A stretch of 64,000 nt of DNA from Centroscyllium fabricii (Eukaryota). The stretch lies in the NCBI GenBank assembly GCA_051313645.2, contig JBNRSN020000029.1:21266001-21330000 (forward strand), given 5' to 3'. A program made the position numbers and the translations under genes. Of this stretch, positions 50,801 to 61,739 are shown piece by piece. Below the pieces are notes generated by a model. That model made no database searches. It was not told where the DNA came from and saw only the letters and a program-made list of their open reading frames with translations. How positions within the stretch are numbered: the stretch's first letter is position 1; every line of letters begins with the position of its first letter.

Positions 50801-50911
50801 GAGGTCTGTTTTCCTTGTCTCTTAAAGGGGAGGGGAAACATACAATTTAACAGGGATTTTACATACAGTTTCTTTATACAGACATTTATCCCCCGATGTG
50901 GAACTGCCACA
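47899..50911 (-). mobile_element. Degenerate, internally deleted Gypsy with two diverged LTRs
   Basis: LTRs 47899-48142 and 50657-50911 both start TGT.GGAGA.TGTGATCTCCTAACAAATAA and end GCCACA. Degenerate PBS TGGTGGCCC near 50647-50655. RT SPWSSFLHIVPK, KVDLVHG and FLRMPF; integrase tail QAPY..PF and VRLKPA. Confidence 0.9.
48744..49065 (+). mobile_element. V-SINE, second subfamily, starting at the B box, inside the Gypsy
   Basis: Starts CTGGGTTCGAATCCTGCTT, then V-domain and tail TTTCTGTGTTTCTGTG. Closely matches 26644-26973. Confidence 0.9.
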
Positions 50912-50948
50912 GACTCATGTTATCTTCCGGCTCACATGTAATGTACGG

Positions 50949-51530
50949 CATAGAAACAGGCCATTCGGCCCAACTGCTCCGTGTTGTTGTTAATGCTCCA
51001 CAGGAGCCTCCTTCCACCTCTCTTCATCTAACCCATCAACATATCCTTCTATTCCTTTCTCCCTCATGTGTTTTCCAGCTTCCCCTTAAATCCATCTCTG
51101 CTATTTGCCCCAACCACTCCCTGTGGCATCAAGTTCTACATTTCCACCAGTCGCTGGGTAAATAAGTTTTTCCTGAATTTCCTACTGGATTTATTACTGA
51201 TCATTTTAAATTATTAGTTTCTTCATTACAACAGTGATTACACTGCAATTATAAAAACATTTATTGGTTGTAAAGAGCTTTGCGATGTCCTGAGGTTGTG
51301 AAAGGCGCTATCTAAATGCAAGTTCTTTCTTGCCTTATAATTGTGTCCCATAGTTTGGGACCATCCTCACCAGTGGAAACATCCTCTCTACGTCTACCCT
51401 ATTGAACCACTTCATAATCTTCAAGACCTCTATCAGGTCACCCCACAGCCTTCCCTTTTCTAGAGAAAAGAGCCCCAGACGGTTCAGTCTTCCCTACTGG
51501 ATATAACGTTGGAGTTCTGGTATCACCATT
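50949..51530 (-). mobile_element. CR1 3' fragment interrupted by a plus-strand Deu-SINE/L2 tail at ~51222-51332
   Basis: CATAGAAACAGGCCATTCGGCCC tail with CR1 ORF2 C-terminal sequence. The insert TTGTAAAGAGCTTTG...GAAAGGCGCTATCTAAATGCAAG matches the tail at 39860-39930. Confidence 0.8.
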
Positions 51531-51814
51531 GTGCATCATTGTCGTAAAAACTAACTGAGGTGCTTCAGGGAAGGGAACCTGGTGTCCCTTCCTGTTCTGG
51601 CTGCTGTTTGTGGTAGGATTTCTCGAGGATCGACAACACTGGTCAAGGACCGCCCACTGTCTGTCAGTTTTGTAGGTGTTGAAGTGGAGGAGGTCGATGC
51701 CTAGTCCCAGGATCTACAACAGTCTTTGATTCAGCTCCGAAGCAATACACAATTCACCCAATAGCCCCTCCCATCCCATCCATCCTGGGCAAGTGCATCA
51801 AGAATATTAATTAA

Positions 51815-54800
51815 GCACCTGGGGACTGCTGGCTGAGGGACAAGGGACCGGTGGCTGAGGGACAAGGAATTGGTGGCTGAGAGACAAAGGACAGGTGGCT
51901 GAGGGACAAGGGACTGGTGGCTGAGGGACAAGGGACTGGTGGCTGAGAGACAATAGACTGGTGGCTGAGGCCCAAGAGACAGTTGGCTGAGAGACAAGGG
52001 ACTGGAGGCTGAGGGACAAGGGACTGGTGGCTGAGAGACAAGGGACTGGTGACTGAGAGACAAGGGACTGTTGGCTGAGAGACAAGAGACTGGTGTCTGA
52101 GAGACAAGAGACTGGACGCTGAGGGCCAAGGAAATGGTAGCTAAGAGGCACGGCCAATTGCTAAGAGTGAAGGGACTTGTTGCTTTGAGTCAAGAGGCCA
52201 GTTGGTAAGAGCCATGGGACCGGGTGCTAAGAGCCATGGGACCAGATGCTAAGGGCTGTGGGACCGGGTGCTAAGGGCCAAGGAACTGGTTGAGATTGGT
52301 TGCTAAGGGCCATTTGATATTTTGGGACTGTTTATTGAGGGCCAAGGGACCATTGGGACTAGTTACTAAAGGCCAAGGGATCGGTTGCTGAGGGCCAAGG
52401 GACCGGTTGCTAAACTCATGGGACCGGTGACTAAGGGTGAATGGATCGGTTGCTAAGGGCCAACAGACCGGTTGCTAAAAGCCTTGGTACTGGTAGCAAA
52501 GGGCCTAGGACTTATTGGCACTGGTTGCTAAGGCCCAAGGGTCTTGCTGGGATTGGTTGCTAAGTGCTAAGGGACTTGTAAATGGATGCAAAGGGCCATG
52601 GGACTTGTTGAGACTGGTTAATGATGTCTAAGAGACTTGTTGGGACTGGTTGATAAGGTCCAAGGGAATTATTGATAAGATCCAAGGTTTAGTTGAGACT
52701 GCTTGCTAAGAGCGAAGGGTCTTGTTGTGACTGGTTGCTAAGACCAAGGGATTTGTTGGGACTGGGTGCTAAGAGCCTTGGGACTGGTGCTAAGGGCCAT
52801 GACAGATGGTGGTAAGGGCCATTGGACCAGTTGTTAAGTGCCCTGGGACCGGAAGCTAATGGCTGTGGGATCGGGTGCTAAGGGCCGTGGGATCGGTTGG
52901 TAAGAGCCAAGGGACCAGTTGCTAAGGGCCATGGGACACGGTGCTAAGGGACGTGGGACCAGTTCCTATGGGCCACAGAACCATGTGCTAAGGGCCATGG
53001 GACCAGGAGCAAAGGGCCAAGGGACCGGTTGCTAAGTGCCTTTGGACCGGATATTAAGAGCAAAGGGACCGGTTGCTGAGGGCCATGAGACCAGTTGCTA
53101 AGGACCATGTGACCGCGTGCTATGTGCTGAAGGAGTGATTGCTAAGTGCCGAAGGACTGGGTGCCAAGGACCCTGGGACCAGGTGCTATGAGTCATGGGA
53201 CCGGTTGCTAAGCACCCTGAATCTGGGTGCTAACGGCTGCGGGACTGGGTGCAAACACCCCTAGCTTCTTCTAAGACCCCATTGTATTCTGTTTTTAGTT
53301 AGTTTCTCTATGTCCCTTTGTTGATTTACATCTTTAGTCAACATTTAATCTGTTCCCACAGTTGAAGCTCACTCCTCGTATTCGTTTCCCATAGCCTTGG
53401 AGTTTTCAAACCGTCTAGAATATGCTGCAGTTGTATATTATTTAATTCTTTTTTTAAAGTCCTCAGTATTACCCTGTTAACCCTTTGGCGGCGTTTCTTC
53501 ACTGGAAGTGTATGCCTTTTAAATTTAAAGAGTCCATTAAAGCTTTTAGTCCAAGCATCCAAAATTTACTCCAACAGGTTGATAAGGTCCAAGGGACTTG
53601 TCGGTAAGGTCCAAGGGATTAGTTGAGATTGGTTGCAAAGATTGAAGGGGCTTTTTGGGACTGGCTGCTAAGGTCCAAGGGACTTCTTGGGACTGGGTGT
53701 TAAGGGCCTTGGGACTGGAGCTAATGGCCATGGGACCAGTTGCTAAGGACCCTGGGAGCGGGTGCTAAGGGCCCTGGGATAGGGTGCCAAGGGCCATGGG
53801 ACAGGGTGCCAAGGACCACGGGACAGGGTACAAAGGCCATGTATCAGGGTGCTACGGGACGTGGTACCATGTGTTAAGTGCCATGGGACCGTGGGTAACA
53901 GCCATGGGATCAGTTGCTAAGGGCTGCAGGACCAGGTGCAAACGGCCGAGGGAGCAGTTGCTAAACACATGCGATCGGTGACTAAGGGCAAATGGAACGG
54001 TATTCAAGGCCAAGGGATCGGTTGCTAAATGCAATGGGACTGGTGATTAATGGCAAAGGGGACGGCTGCTTAGGGCCAAGGGACCGGTGGCTAATAGCCA
54101 TGGGACTGGTTGCTAAGCTTCGCCAAGGACTTTTTGGGACTGGTTGCTAAGGTTCAAGGGACTTGTTGGAAATGGTTGCTAAGGTCCACGGGACTTGTTG
54201 AGACTGGTTGCTAAGGTCCAATAGACTTACATAAGAAAATAAGAACTGAAGAAACTGGAGTAGGAATAGGCCAATCGGCCCCTCGAGCCTGCTCCGCCAT
54301 TCAACAAGATCATGGCTGATCTGATCCAAACCTCAAATATACTTTCACTCTCCATCCCACCGGAACCCATTGGATCTCCCGGGAGAGGCGAAAAACCAGA
54401 TAAAAAACCCAGTGGCCAATTTGGGAGAAAAAATCTTGGAAATTCCTCTCCGACCCATCTAGGTGATCAAAACTCGTCCAGGAGAGCACATGGCCGATCT
54501 GAACCTAGGCTCACATCTACTTACCTGCCCGGTCACCTTAACCCCTAATTCCCTTTACTTTTAGGAAACTGTCTATCTCGGTTTTTAATTTATTCAATGT
54601 AGTAGCTTCCACAGCTCTCTGGGGAAGAAGATTCCACAGAGCTACCACCCTCTGATTGAAGAAGTTTCTCCTCATCTCAATTTTGATACGGCAGCCTCTT
54701 ATTTTAAGATCATGCCCCCTAGACCTAGTTTCACCCACCATTGTGAACATCCTGACCGCATTCATCCAATCAAGCCCCTTTACAATCTTATATGTTTCAA

Positions 54801-57800
54801 TAAGATTGTCTCTCATTCTTCTGAACTGCAATGCATAGAGGCCCAATCTACTCAACCTCTCCTCATATGTCAACCCCTTCATCCCCGGAATTAACCAGGT
54901 GAACCTTCTTTGTACTGCCTCGAGAGCAAGTATGTCTTTTCTTAAATATGGACACCAGAATTGTATGCAGTATTCCAGGTGTGGTCTCACTAATACCCTG
55001 TACAACTGCAGCAATACCTCCCTGTTTGTGTACTCCATCCCCTTAGCAATAAAAGCCAACTTTCCATTGGCCTTCCTGATCACCTGCTGCACCTGCATAC
55101 TAACGTTTTGTGTTTCCTGCACCAGGACCCCCAGATCCCTTTGCACTGATGTAGTTTCCAGTTTCTTTCCATTGAGATAATAACTCGCTCTGGTAGTATC
55201 CCTGCCAAAGTGCTTAACCTCACACTTTCCATTATTATATTCTATCTGCCAAATCTCTGCCAACTCACTTAGCCTATCTATGTCCTTTTGCAGGCTTTTA
55301 GTGTCCTCCTCACTCATCACACATCCTCCCATCTTTGTATCGTCTGCAAATTTTGTCATGTTGCACTTGGTCCCTTCCTCCAAATCATTAATATAGATTG
55401 TAAAGAGTTGGGGTCCCAGCACTGAACCCTGCGGATCACCACTAGTCACTGATTGCCAGTCTGAGAATGAACCATTTATCCCAAATCTCTGCTTTCTGTT
55501 AGAAAGCCAATCCTCCACCCATGCCAGAATATTACCCCTAATCCCGTGATTTTTTATCTTGAGCAATAATCTTTTGTGTGGCACCTTGTCTCATGCCTTT
55601 TTGAAGTCTAAATACACTACATCCACTGGTTCCCCTTTATCTACCCTATATGTTATGTCCTCAAAGAACTCGAGCAAATTTGTCAAACATGACTTCCCCT
55701 TCGTAAAGCCATGCTGACTTTGTCCTATTAAATTATGCTTATCTAAATGTCGTGCTACTGTTTCCTTAATAATGGACTCTAACATTTTGCCAACCACAGA
55801 TGTTAAGCTAACTGGTCTATAGTTTTCTGCCTTCTGTCTACAACACTTTTTAAATAAACATTAGCAGTTTTCCAATCTGCCAGGAGCTTTGCCGAGTCCA
55901 GAGAATTTTGAAAAATTATTCCCAATGCATCCACAATCCCTACCGTCACTTCCCTCAAGACCGTAGGATGTAAGCCATCAGGTCCAGGGGATGTATCCTC
56001 CTTAAGTCCCATTATTTTACCGAGCACCACTTCCTTCATGACTTTACTCATAATTAGCTCCCCCCCCCCAAGAGCCCCCTCTTTGTCCAGTGTTGGGATA
56101 TTCTTAGTGTTGTCTACTGTAAAGACTGATACAAAATATTTGTTCAGCGTTTTTGCCATCTCTATGTTTACTACCATTAATTTCATGGTCTCATGCTCTA
56201 AGGGACCAACATTTACTTTCACTACCCTTTTTCTTTTTATGTAACTATAGAAACTCTTACTATCTGTTTTTATATTTTTTGCTAATTTAATTTCACAATC
56301 TATCTTCCATTTCTTAATCAATCTTTTTGTTATTTTTTGTTGACTTTTAAAAGCTTCCCGATCTTCTATCTTCCCACTAGATTTGGCTACCTTATATAAC
56401 TTTGTTTTTAGTCTGATACTATCCTTTATTACTTTACTTAGCCATGGATGGCTATCTTTTCTTTTACACCCTTTTTTCCTCAGTGGAATATATTTTTCTT
56501 GAACATTGTAAAATAACTCCTTGAATGCACACCACTGATCATGTACCGTCTTACACTTTAATCTGTTTTCCCAGTCCACTCTAATCAATTCTGCTCTCAT
56601 ATATTCATAGTCTCCTTTATTTAAGCTCAGTATGCTTGTTTGAGATCCAACCCTCTCACCCTCTAAATTAATTAGGAATTCGACCATGTTATGGTCACTA
56701 ATTCCAAGGGTATCCTTTACTAGGACATTATTATTAATCCTGTCTCATTACACAGGACCAGATCTAAGATTGCTTGCCCCCTGGTCGGCTCAGTTACATA
56801 CTTTTCAAGAAACCCATCTCTAATACACTCAATGAACACTTCATCAAGGCTGCCCTGCCCAACTTGATTAGTCCAGTCAATATGAAAGTTAAAATCACCC
56901 ATAATTATAGCTGTTCCCTTATTACAAACCCCAACTATTTCCGGACTTATACTCTGACTAACCGAGTTACTACTGTTAGGAGGCCTATAGACTATGCCCA
57001 CTAGTATTTTTTCCCCTTATTAATTCTTATCTCCACCCAAACTGTTTCATTATCCTGATCATTTGACCAAATATCATTTCTCTGTATTGTAGTGATTCCT
57101 TGCCATATTAACATAGCCATGCCACCTCCCTTTCCTTCTTGGGCTTGTTAGGTCCAAGGGAATTCTTGATTATGTCCAAGGGATTAGTTGGGACTGGTTG
57201 CTAAAAGCAAAGTGTCTTGTTGGGACTGGTTGCTAAGGTCCAAGAGATTTGTTGGGGCTGTGTGCTAAGGGCCATGGGACCAGTTGTTAAGGGCCCTGGC
57301 ACTGGAAGATAACGGCTGTGGGACCGGGTGCTAAGTGCTGTAGGGCCATGTGTAAGAGCCATGGAACCAGTTGCTAAGGGCCATGGGACATGGTTGCTAA
57401 GTGCCATGGGACCGGATGCTAAGGGCCGATGGGCCGATTGCTAAGGGTCATGAGACCAGTTGTTGAGGACCATGGGACCAGTTGCTAATGGACGTGGGAC
57501 ATGGCGTGAAGTGCCATGAGATTGGTTGCAATGGGCCGGGGGACCGTGTGCTAAGGGCCAAGGGACCAGTTGCTAAGGGCCAAGGGACCAGTTGCTAAGG
57601 GCCGAGGGACAGGGTGCTAAGGGCCTTGGACCGGTTACTAAGGATCCTGGGGCCGGCTGCTAAGGATCGGGTGCCAAAGGTCTTGGGACCAGGTGCTAAG
57701 GGCCCTGGGACAGGGTGCTAAGGAAACATGGGATATGGTGCTAAGTGCCGTGGGGGCCGGGTGGTAAGAACCATGGGACCACCTGCTAAGAGCCATGGAA

Positions 57801-58890
57801 CAACCTGCTGCGGGCCGTGAGGCACGGTACTTAGGGCCGTGGGACCAGTAGTTAAGTGCTGCTGGCCTGAGTGCTAAGGGCTATTGGACCGGGAGCAAAG
57901 GGCCGAGGGACTGGTTGCTAAGTGCCGTGGGACCGGATGATATGGGCCAAGGGACTGGTTGCTAAGTGCCATGAGACTGGTTACTAAGGGCCGAGAGATC
58001 GGTTGCTAAGGGCTGAGAGACTGTTTCCTAAGGGCCATGGGACAGGGTGCTAAGGGCCTTGGGACCAGGCGCTGAGAGCTGAGGGACCACTTGCTAAGGG
58101 CCATGGGATTGGCTGCTAAGGGCAATGGGATCGGGCGCTAAGGGCTGGTTGCTGAGTCCCATTCGACCAGTTGCTGAGTGCCGTTTGTCTGGTTGCCAAA
58201 GGCAAGGAGACCAATTGCGAAGTGCCAAGAAAACGGGTGCTAAGGGCCATGGAAATGGTTGCTAAGTGCCAAGGGACTGGCAGTTAACGGCCAAGGGACC
58301 GGCAGCTAAGGGCCACGGCCAATTGCTAAGAGCGAAGGGACTGGTTGCCAAGAGTCATGGGGCCATATGGGGCCTGTTGCCACGTGCCATGGGACTGGAT
58401 GCACAGGGCCTTGGGAGCGGGTGCTAGGGGCCATGGGATTGGCAGTTAATGCCTGAGGGAACGGTTGCTAAGGGCCATGTAATCAGTTGCTAAGGGACAT
58501 GGGATCGGGCACTAAGAGCCATGGGATCGGGCGCTAAGGGCTGAGGGACCGGTAGCTAAGAGCCATGGAAACAGTTGCTAGGGGCCAGGTGACCGGTTGC
58601 TAAGGGCCAGTTGCTAAGTCCCATGCGACCGGTTGCTAAGGGCCGGTTGCTAAGTCCCATGTGACTGGTTGCTAAGGGCCGTAGGACCAGTTGCCAAGGG
58701 CCATGGTGCTGGTTGCTAAGTGCCAATGTACCGGCAGCTAAGGGCCACGGCCAATTGCTAAGAGCGAAGGGAATGGTTGCTAAGAGCCATGGGGGCAGTT
58801 GCTAAGGGCCATGGGTGTGGGTGCAAAGTGCCAATGGACCGGGTGCTAAGGCCATGGACCGGTTGTTAAGTTCCAAGGCACTTGATGCTC
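51815..58890. repeat. Second block of the 22-bp satellite, same orientation, interrupted at ~53256-53575 and 54229-57140
   Basis: Same monomer and same diagnostic variants as block 1. It begins with a homogeneous variant sub-array GGCTGAG(A/G)GACAAGGGACTGGT at 51815-52125. Confidence 0.97.
54229..57140 (-). mobile_element. 5'-truncated, relatively young CR1 LINE inserted in the satellite
   Basis: A long ORF2 in four pieces (56720-57001, 55803-56687, 55591-55797, 54538-55584) with VYRPP, MGDFN, ILDLVL, SPGPDG, QHGF, YLDFKKA, PQGSVLGP and KFADDTK. 3' tail ACATAAGAA. Confidence 0.96.
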
Positions 58891-59154
58891 ACAGAAACAC
58901 AGAAACACAGTGTGGTAAACCACTGTTGTAAATATTTGCCTGTGTGTATACATGCTCGGGCATGCCAGAAGCTGACTCCAACCCTAGACTACCTGATAAA
59001 GGTCCGAGCTCTGGGAGCCTGGCCCAGTACAAGGAGTTGCTGGTCAGACTAAGGATGTTTAGGGTTCTTAGTGAATAACAGCCTCAGTTGTATTCTCAAC
59101 CTCGCCTCGAGTATAATTGATCGCGCATCAATTTTATTCACTAAGAGTTTTGAG

Positions 59155-60429
59155 ATGGACGCCCTCCTAAAACTATCCACCCTGGAACTCGACCCAAGCA
59201 CACCAGAAGCGCAGAGCAGCTTCTCCCACTGGCTAACCTGCTTTGAGGTATTCCTGGCGACCTCCGCCAGCACTGTCCAGACGGATGCCCAGAAACTCTT
59301 GCTTCTGCAGTCACGGCTCCATCACCGAGTGTTCCAACTCATTAAGGGAACGACCTCCTACACATCGGCAATGGCACTCCTCAAGGAGCAGTATGAGCGG
59401 CCGACTAACACGGTTTACGTCAGGCACCTCCGGCTGACCCGCAAACAATGGCCCAGGGAGAGTTTTGCTGGCTTTGTGCGGGCCCTGACGGAGCTCAGCA
59501 GAGCCTGCAAATGCGAAACGGCCTCGGCAGATGAGCACAGGGAGCTGCTAGTCCGAGACGCCACCATCGCCGGCGGAATATCGGACTACACCCGGAAGAG
59601 ACTGCTGGAACTGGGGAAACTGTCCCTGAAGAAGGCCACAGTCATCGGACTCGCACTCGAAGGGGCTGATCGGAGTATGGAGTCGTACGCGCACATGGCC
59701 GCCCCATGGACCTCACAGGAGCCGCCAGTGTGGAACACGCCAGGCCCGACGCCTTATGCCGCACCACTGTCGCCTCACCCCGTGTACGGCCCAACCACTG
59801 CACCGGTACCCCGGAGCCAGAAGTGCTATTTCTGCGGCCAGGTGAAGCACTCCAGGCAGCGCTGTCTGGCAAAGGACGCTATGTGCACGCGCTACCAGAG
59901 GAAGGGACACAACGCGAGCATCTGCAAGTCGTCCCCCAGGCCCAGCAGCGCCGCGTGCGAACCGACCTTGCGGCCATCTTGGAAAACACCCCCCATGTGC
60001 GACTCATGGGAGAAGCCATCTTGGAAGCCTACAGCCACAGACCGACCCGGCTCCCTGACTGACTGCGATCAGCCACCAGCCACGGTACTGGCTTCCATTA
60101 CCTTGGACCAGTCTGGGCCCCACCACCTCACAAAGTCAATGATGGACATTAAGGTAAACGGCTGCGCCACAAACAGCCTGTTTGACTCGGGGAGCACGGC
60201 AAGCTTTATCCACCCTGATATGGTGCGCCGCCTCTCGCTCTCGACTCGGCCCGTGCACCAGCGCATCTCCCTCACTTCCAAATCCCAGACCGCGGATGTC
60301 GGCAGTTACTGCATGGTAACCCTGTTGGTGAGCGGCGCAGTGTACAAGGATTTCAAACTCCTGGTCCTACCCAACCTGTGCGTGGCCGTCCTCCTGGGTT
60401 ACACTTCGAAACCCACCTTAATAGCTTGA
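59155..60429 (+). CDS. Gypsy Gag-protease reading frame, broken by a frameshift near 60400
   Basis: ATG at 59155 (MDALLK...). Zinc knuckle CYFCGQVKHSRQRC plus a degenerate second knuckle. Protease LFDSGSTASFI. Confidence 0.85.
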   Translation: MDALLKLSTLELDPSTPEAQSSFSHWLTCFEVFLATSASTVQTDAQKLLLLQSRLHHRVFQLIKGTTSYTSAMALLKEQYERPTNTVYVRHLRLTRKQWPRESFAGFVRALTELSRACKCETASADEHRELLVRDATIAGGISDYTRKRLLELGKLSLKKATVIGLALEGADRSMESYAHMAAPWTSQEPPVWNTPGPTPYAAPLSPHPVYGPTTAPVPRSQKCYFCGQVKHSRQRCLAKDAMCTRYQRKGHNASICKSSPRPSSAACEPTLRPSWKTPPMCDSWEKPSWKPTATDRPGSLTDCDQPPATVLASITLDQSGPHHLTKSMMDIKVNGCATNSLFDSGSTASFIHPDMVRRLSLSTRPVHQRISLTSKSQTADVGSYCMVTLLVSGAVYKDFKLLVLPNLCVAVLLGYTSKPTLIA

Positions 60430-61739
60430 CGATGGCGTACGGGGTGCCCCTTCCCCCCCTCACTGTCCGCAACCAGAAGCCCTCAAACCGACCAGCGCGA
60501 CGTCTGCAGCCTCTCGACCCTCAAGGTCGCTCCTCCCCCACTGTTCGCTAACCTCACCCCAGACTGTAAACCCATAGCCACTAAGAGCAGGAGACACAGT
60601 GCTGGGGACAGGGCTTTCATCAACTCTGAGGTACAGCGGCTCCTGAAGGAGGGGGTGATTGAGGCTAGCACCAGCCCCTGGAGGGCCCAAGTAGTCGTTG
60701 TTAAGACCGGTGAAAAGAACCGATTAGTTATCGACTACAGCCAGACCATCAACCGCTTTACGCAGTTGGACCAGTCCCCCCTCCCCGCATATCTGACATG
60801 GTCAATCAGATTGCGCAGTACAAGATGTTCTCCACCATTGACCTGAAATCGGCTTATCACCAACTCCCCATCCTCCCCGCGGACCACCGCTATACTGCCT
60901 TCGAGGCTAACGGCAGCCTCTACCACTTCCTCAGGGTCCCCTTCGGGGTCACCAATGTCGTCTCGGTTTTCCAACGGGAGGTGGAACGTATGGTTGACCA
61001 GCACGTGCTACTGGCCACGTTCCCGTACCTAGACAACGTGACCATCAGTGGCCATGACCTGCACGACCATGATGCCAACCTGGAAAAATTCCTTCGCACG
61101 GCCCAACTCCTTAATCTCACCTATAACACGGAGAAATGCATGTTCCGCACAACACGCCTTGCCATTCTTGGCTGTGTCATGGAAAATGGGGTCATCGATC
61201 CCGACCCAGACCGCATGCACCCCCTCATGGAACTCCCCCCCCCATTGCCAACAGGCCCTGCGAAGATGCCTGGGCTTCTTCGCCTACTATGCCCAGTGGG
61301 TCCCTAACTTTGCGGACAAGGCCCGCCCGCTCCTAAAGTCCACCTCCTTTCCCCTGATGATGGAGGCCTGTATGGCCTTCGATCGCATCAAACGGGACAT
61401 CGCTAAGGCCACCATGCACGCGGTGGACGAAACTGCCCCATTTCAGGTGGAGAGCGATGCGTCCGACTTTGCCCTTAGCCAGGCGGGCAGACCCATGGCC
61501 TTCTTCTCCCAGAACTTCCAAAGCCTCGAGACTAGACACTCCTCTGTCGAGAAGGAGGCCCAGGCAATAGTGGAAGCTGTGCACCACTGGAGGCATTACT
61601 TGGCCGGTCAACGGTTTACCCTGCTCACTGACCAGCGCTCAGTTGCTTTTATGTTCCGCAACAAGCAGCGGGGTAAAATCAAAAATGACAAGATTTTGAG
61701 GTGGAGAATTGAACTCTCCACCTACAACTACGACATCTT

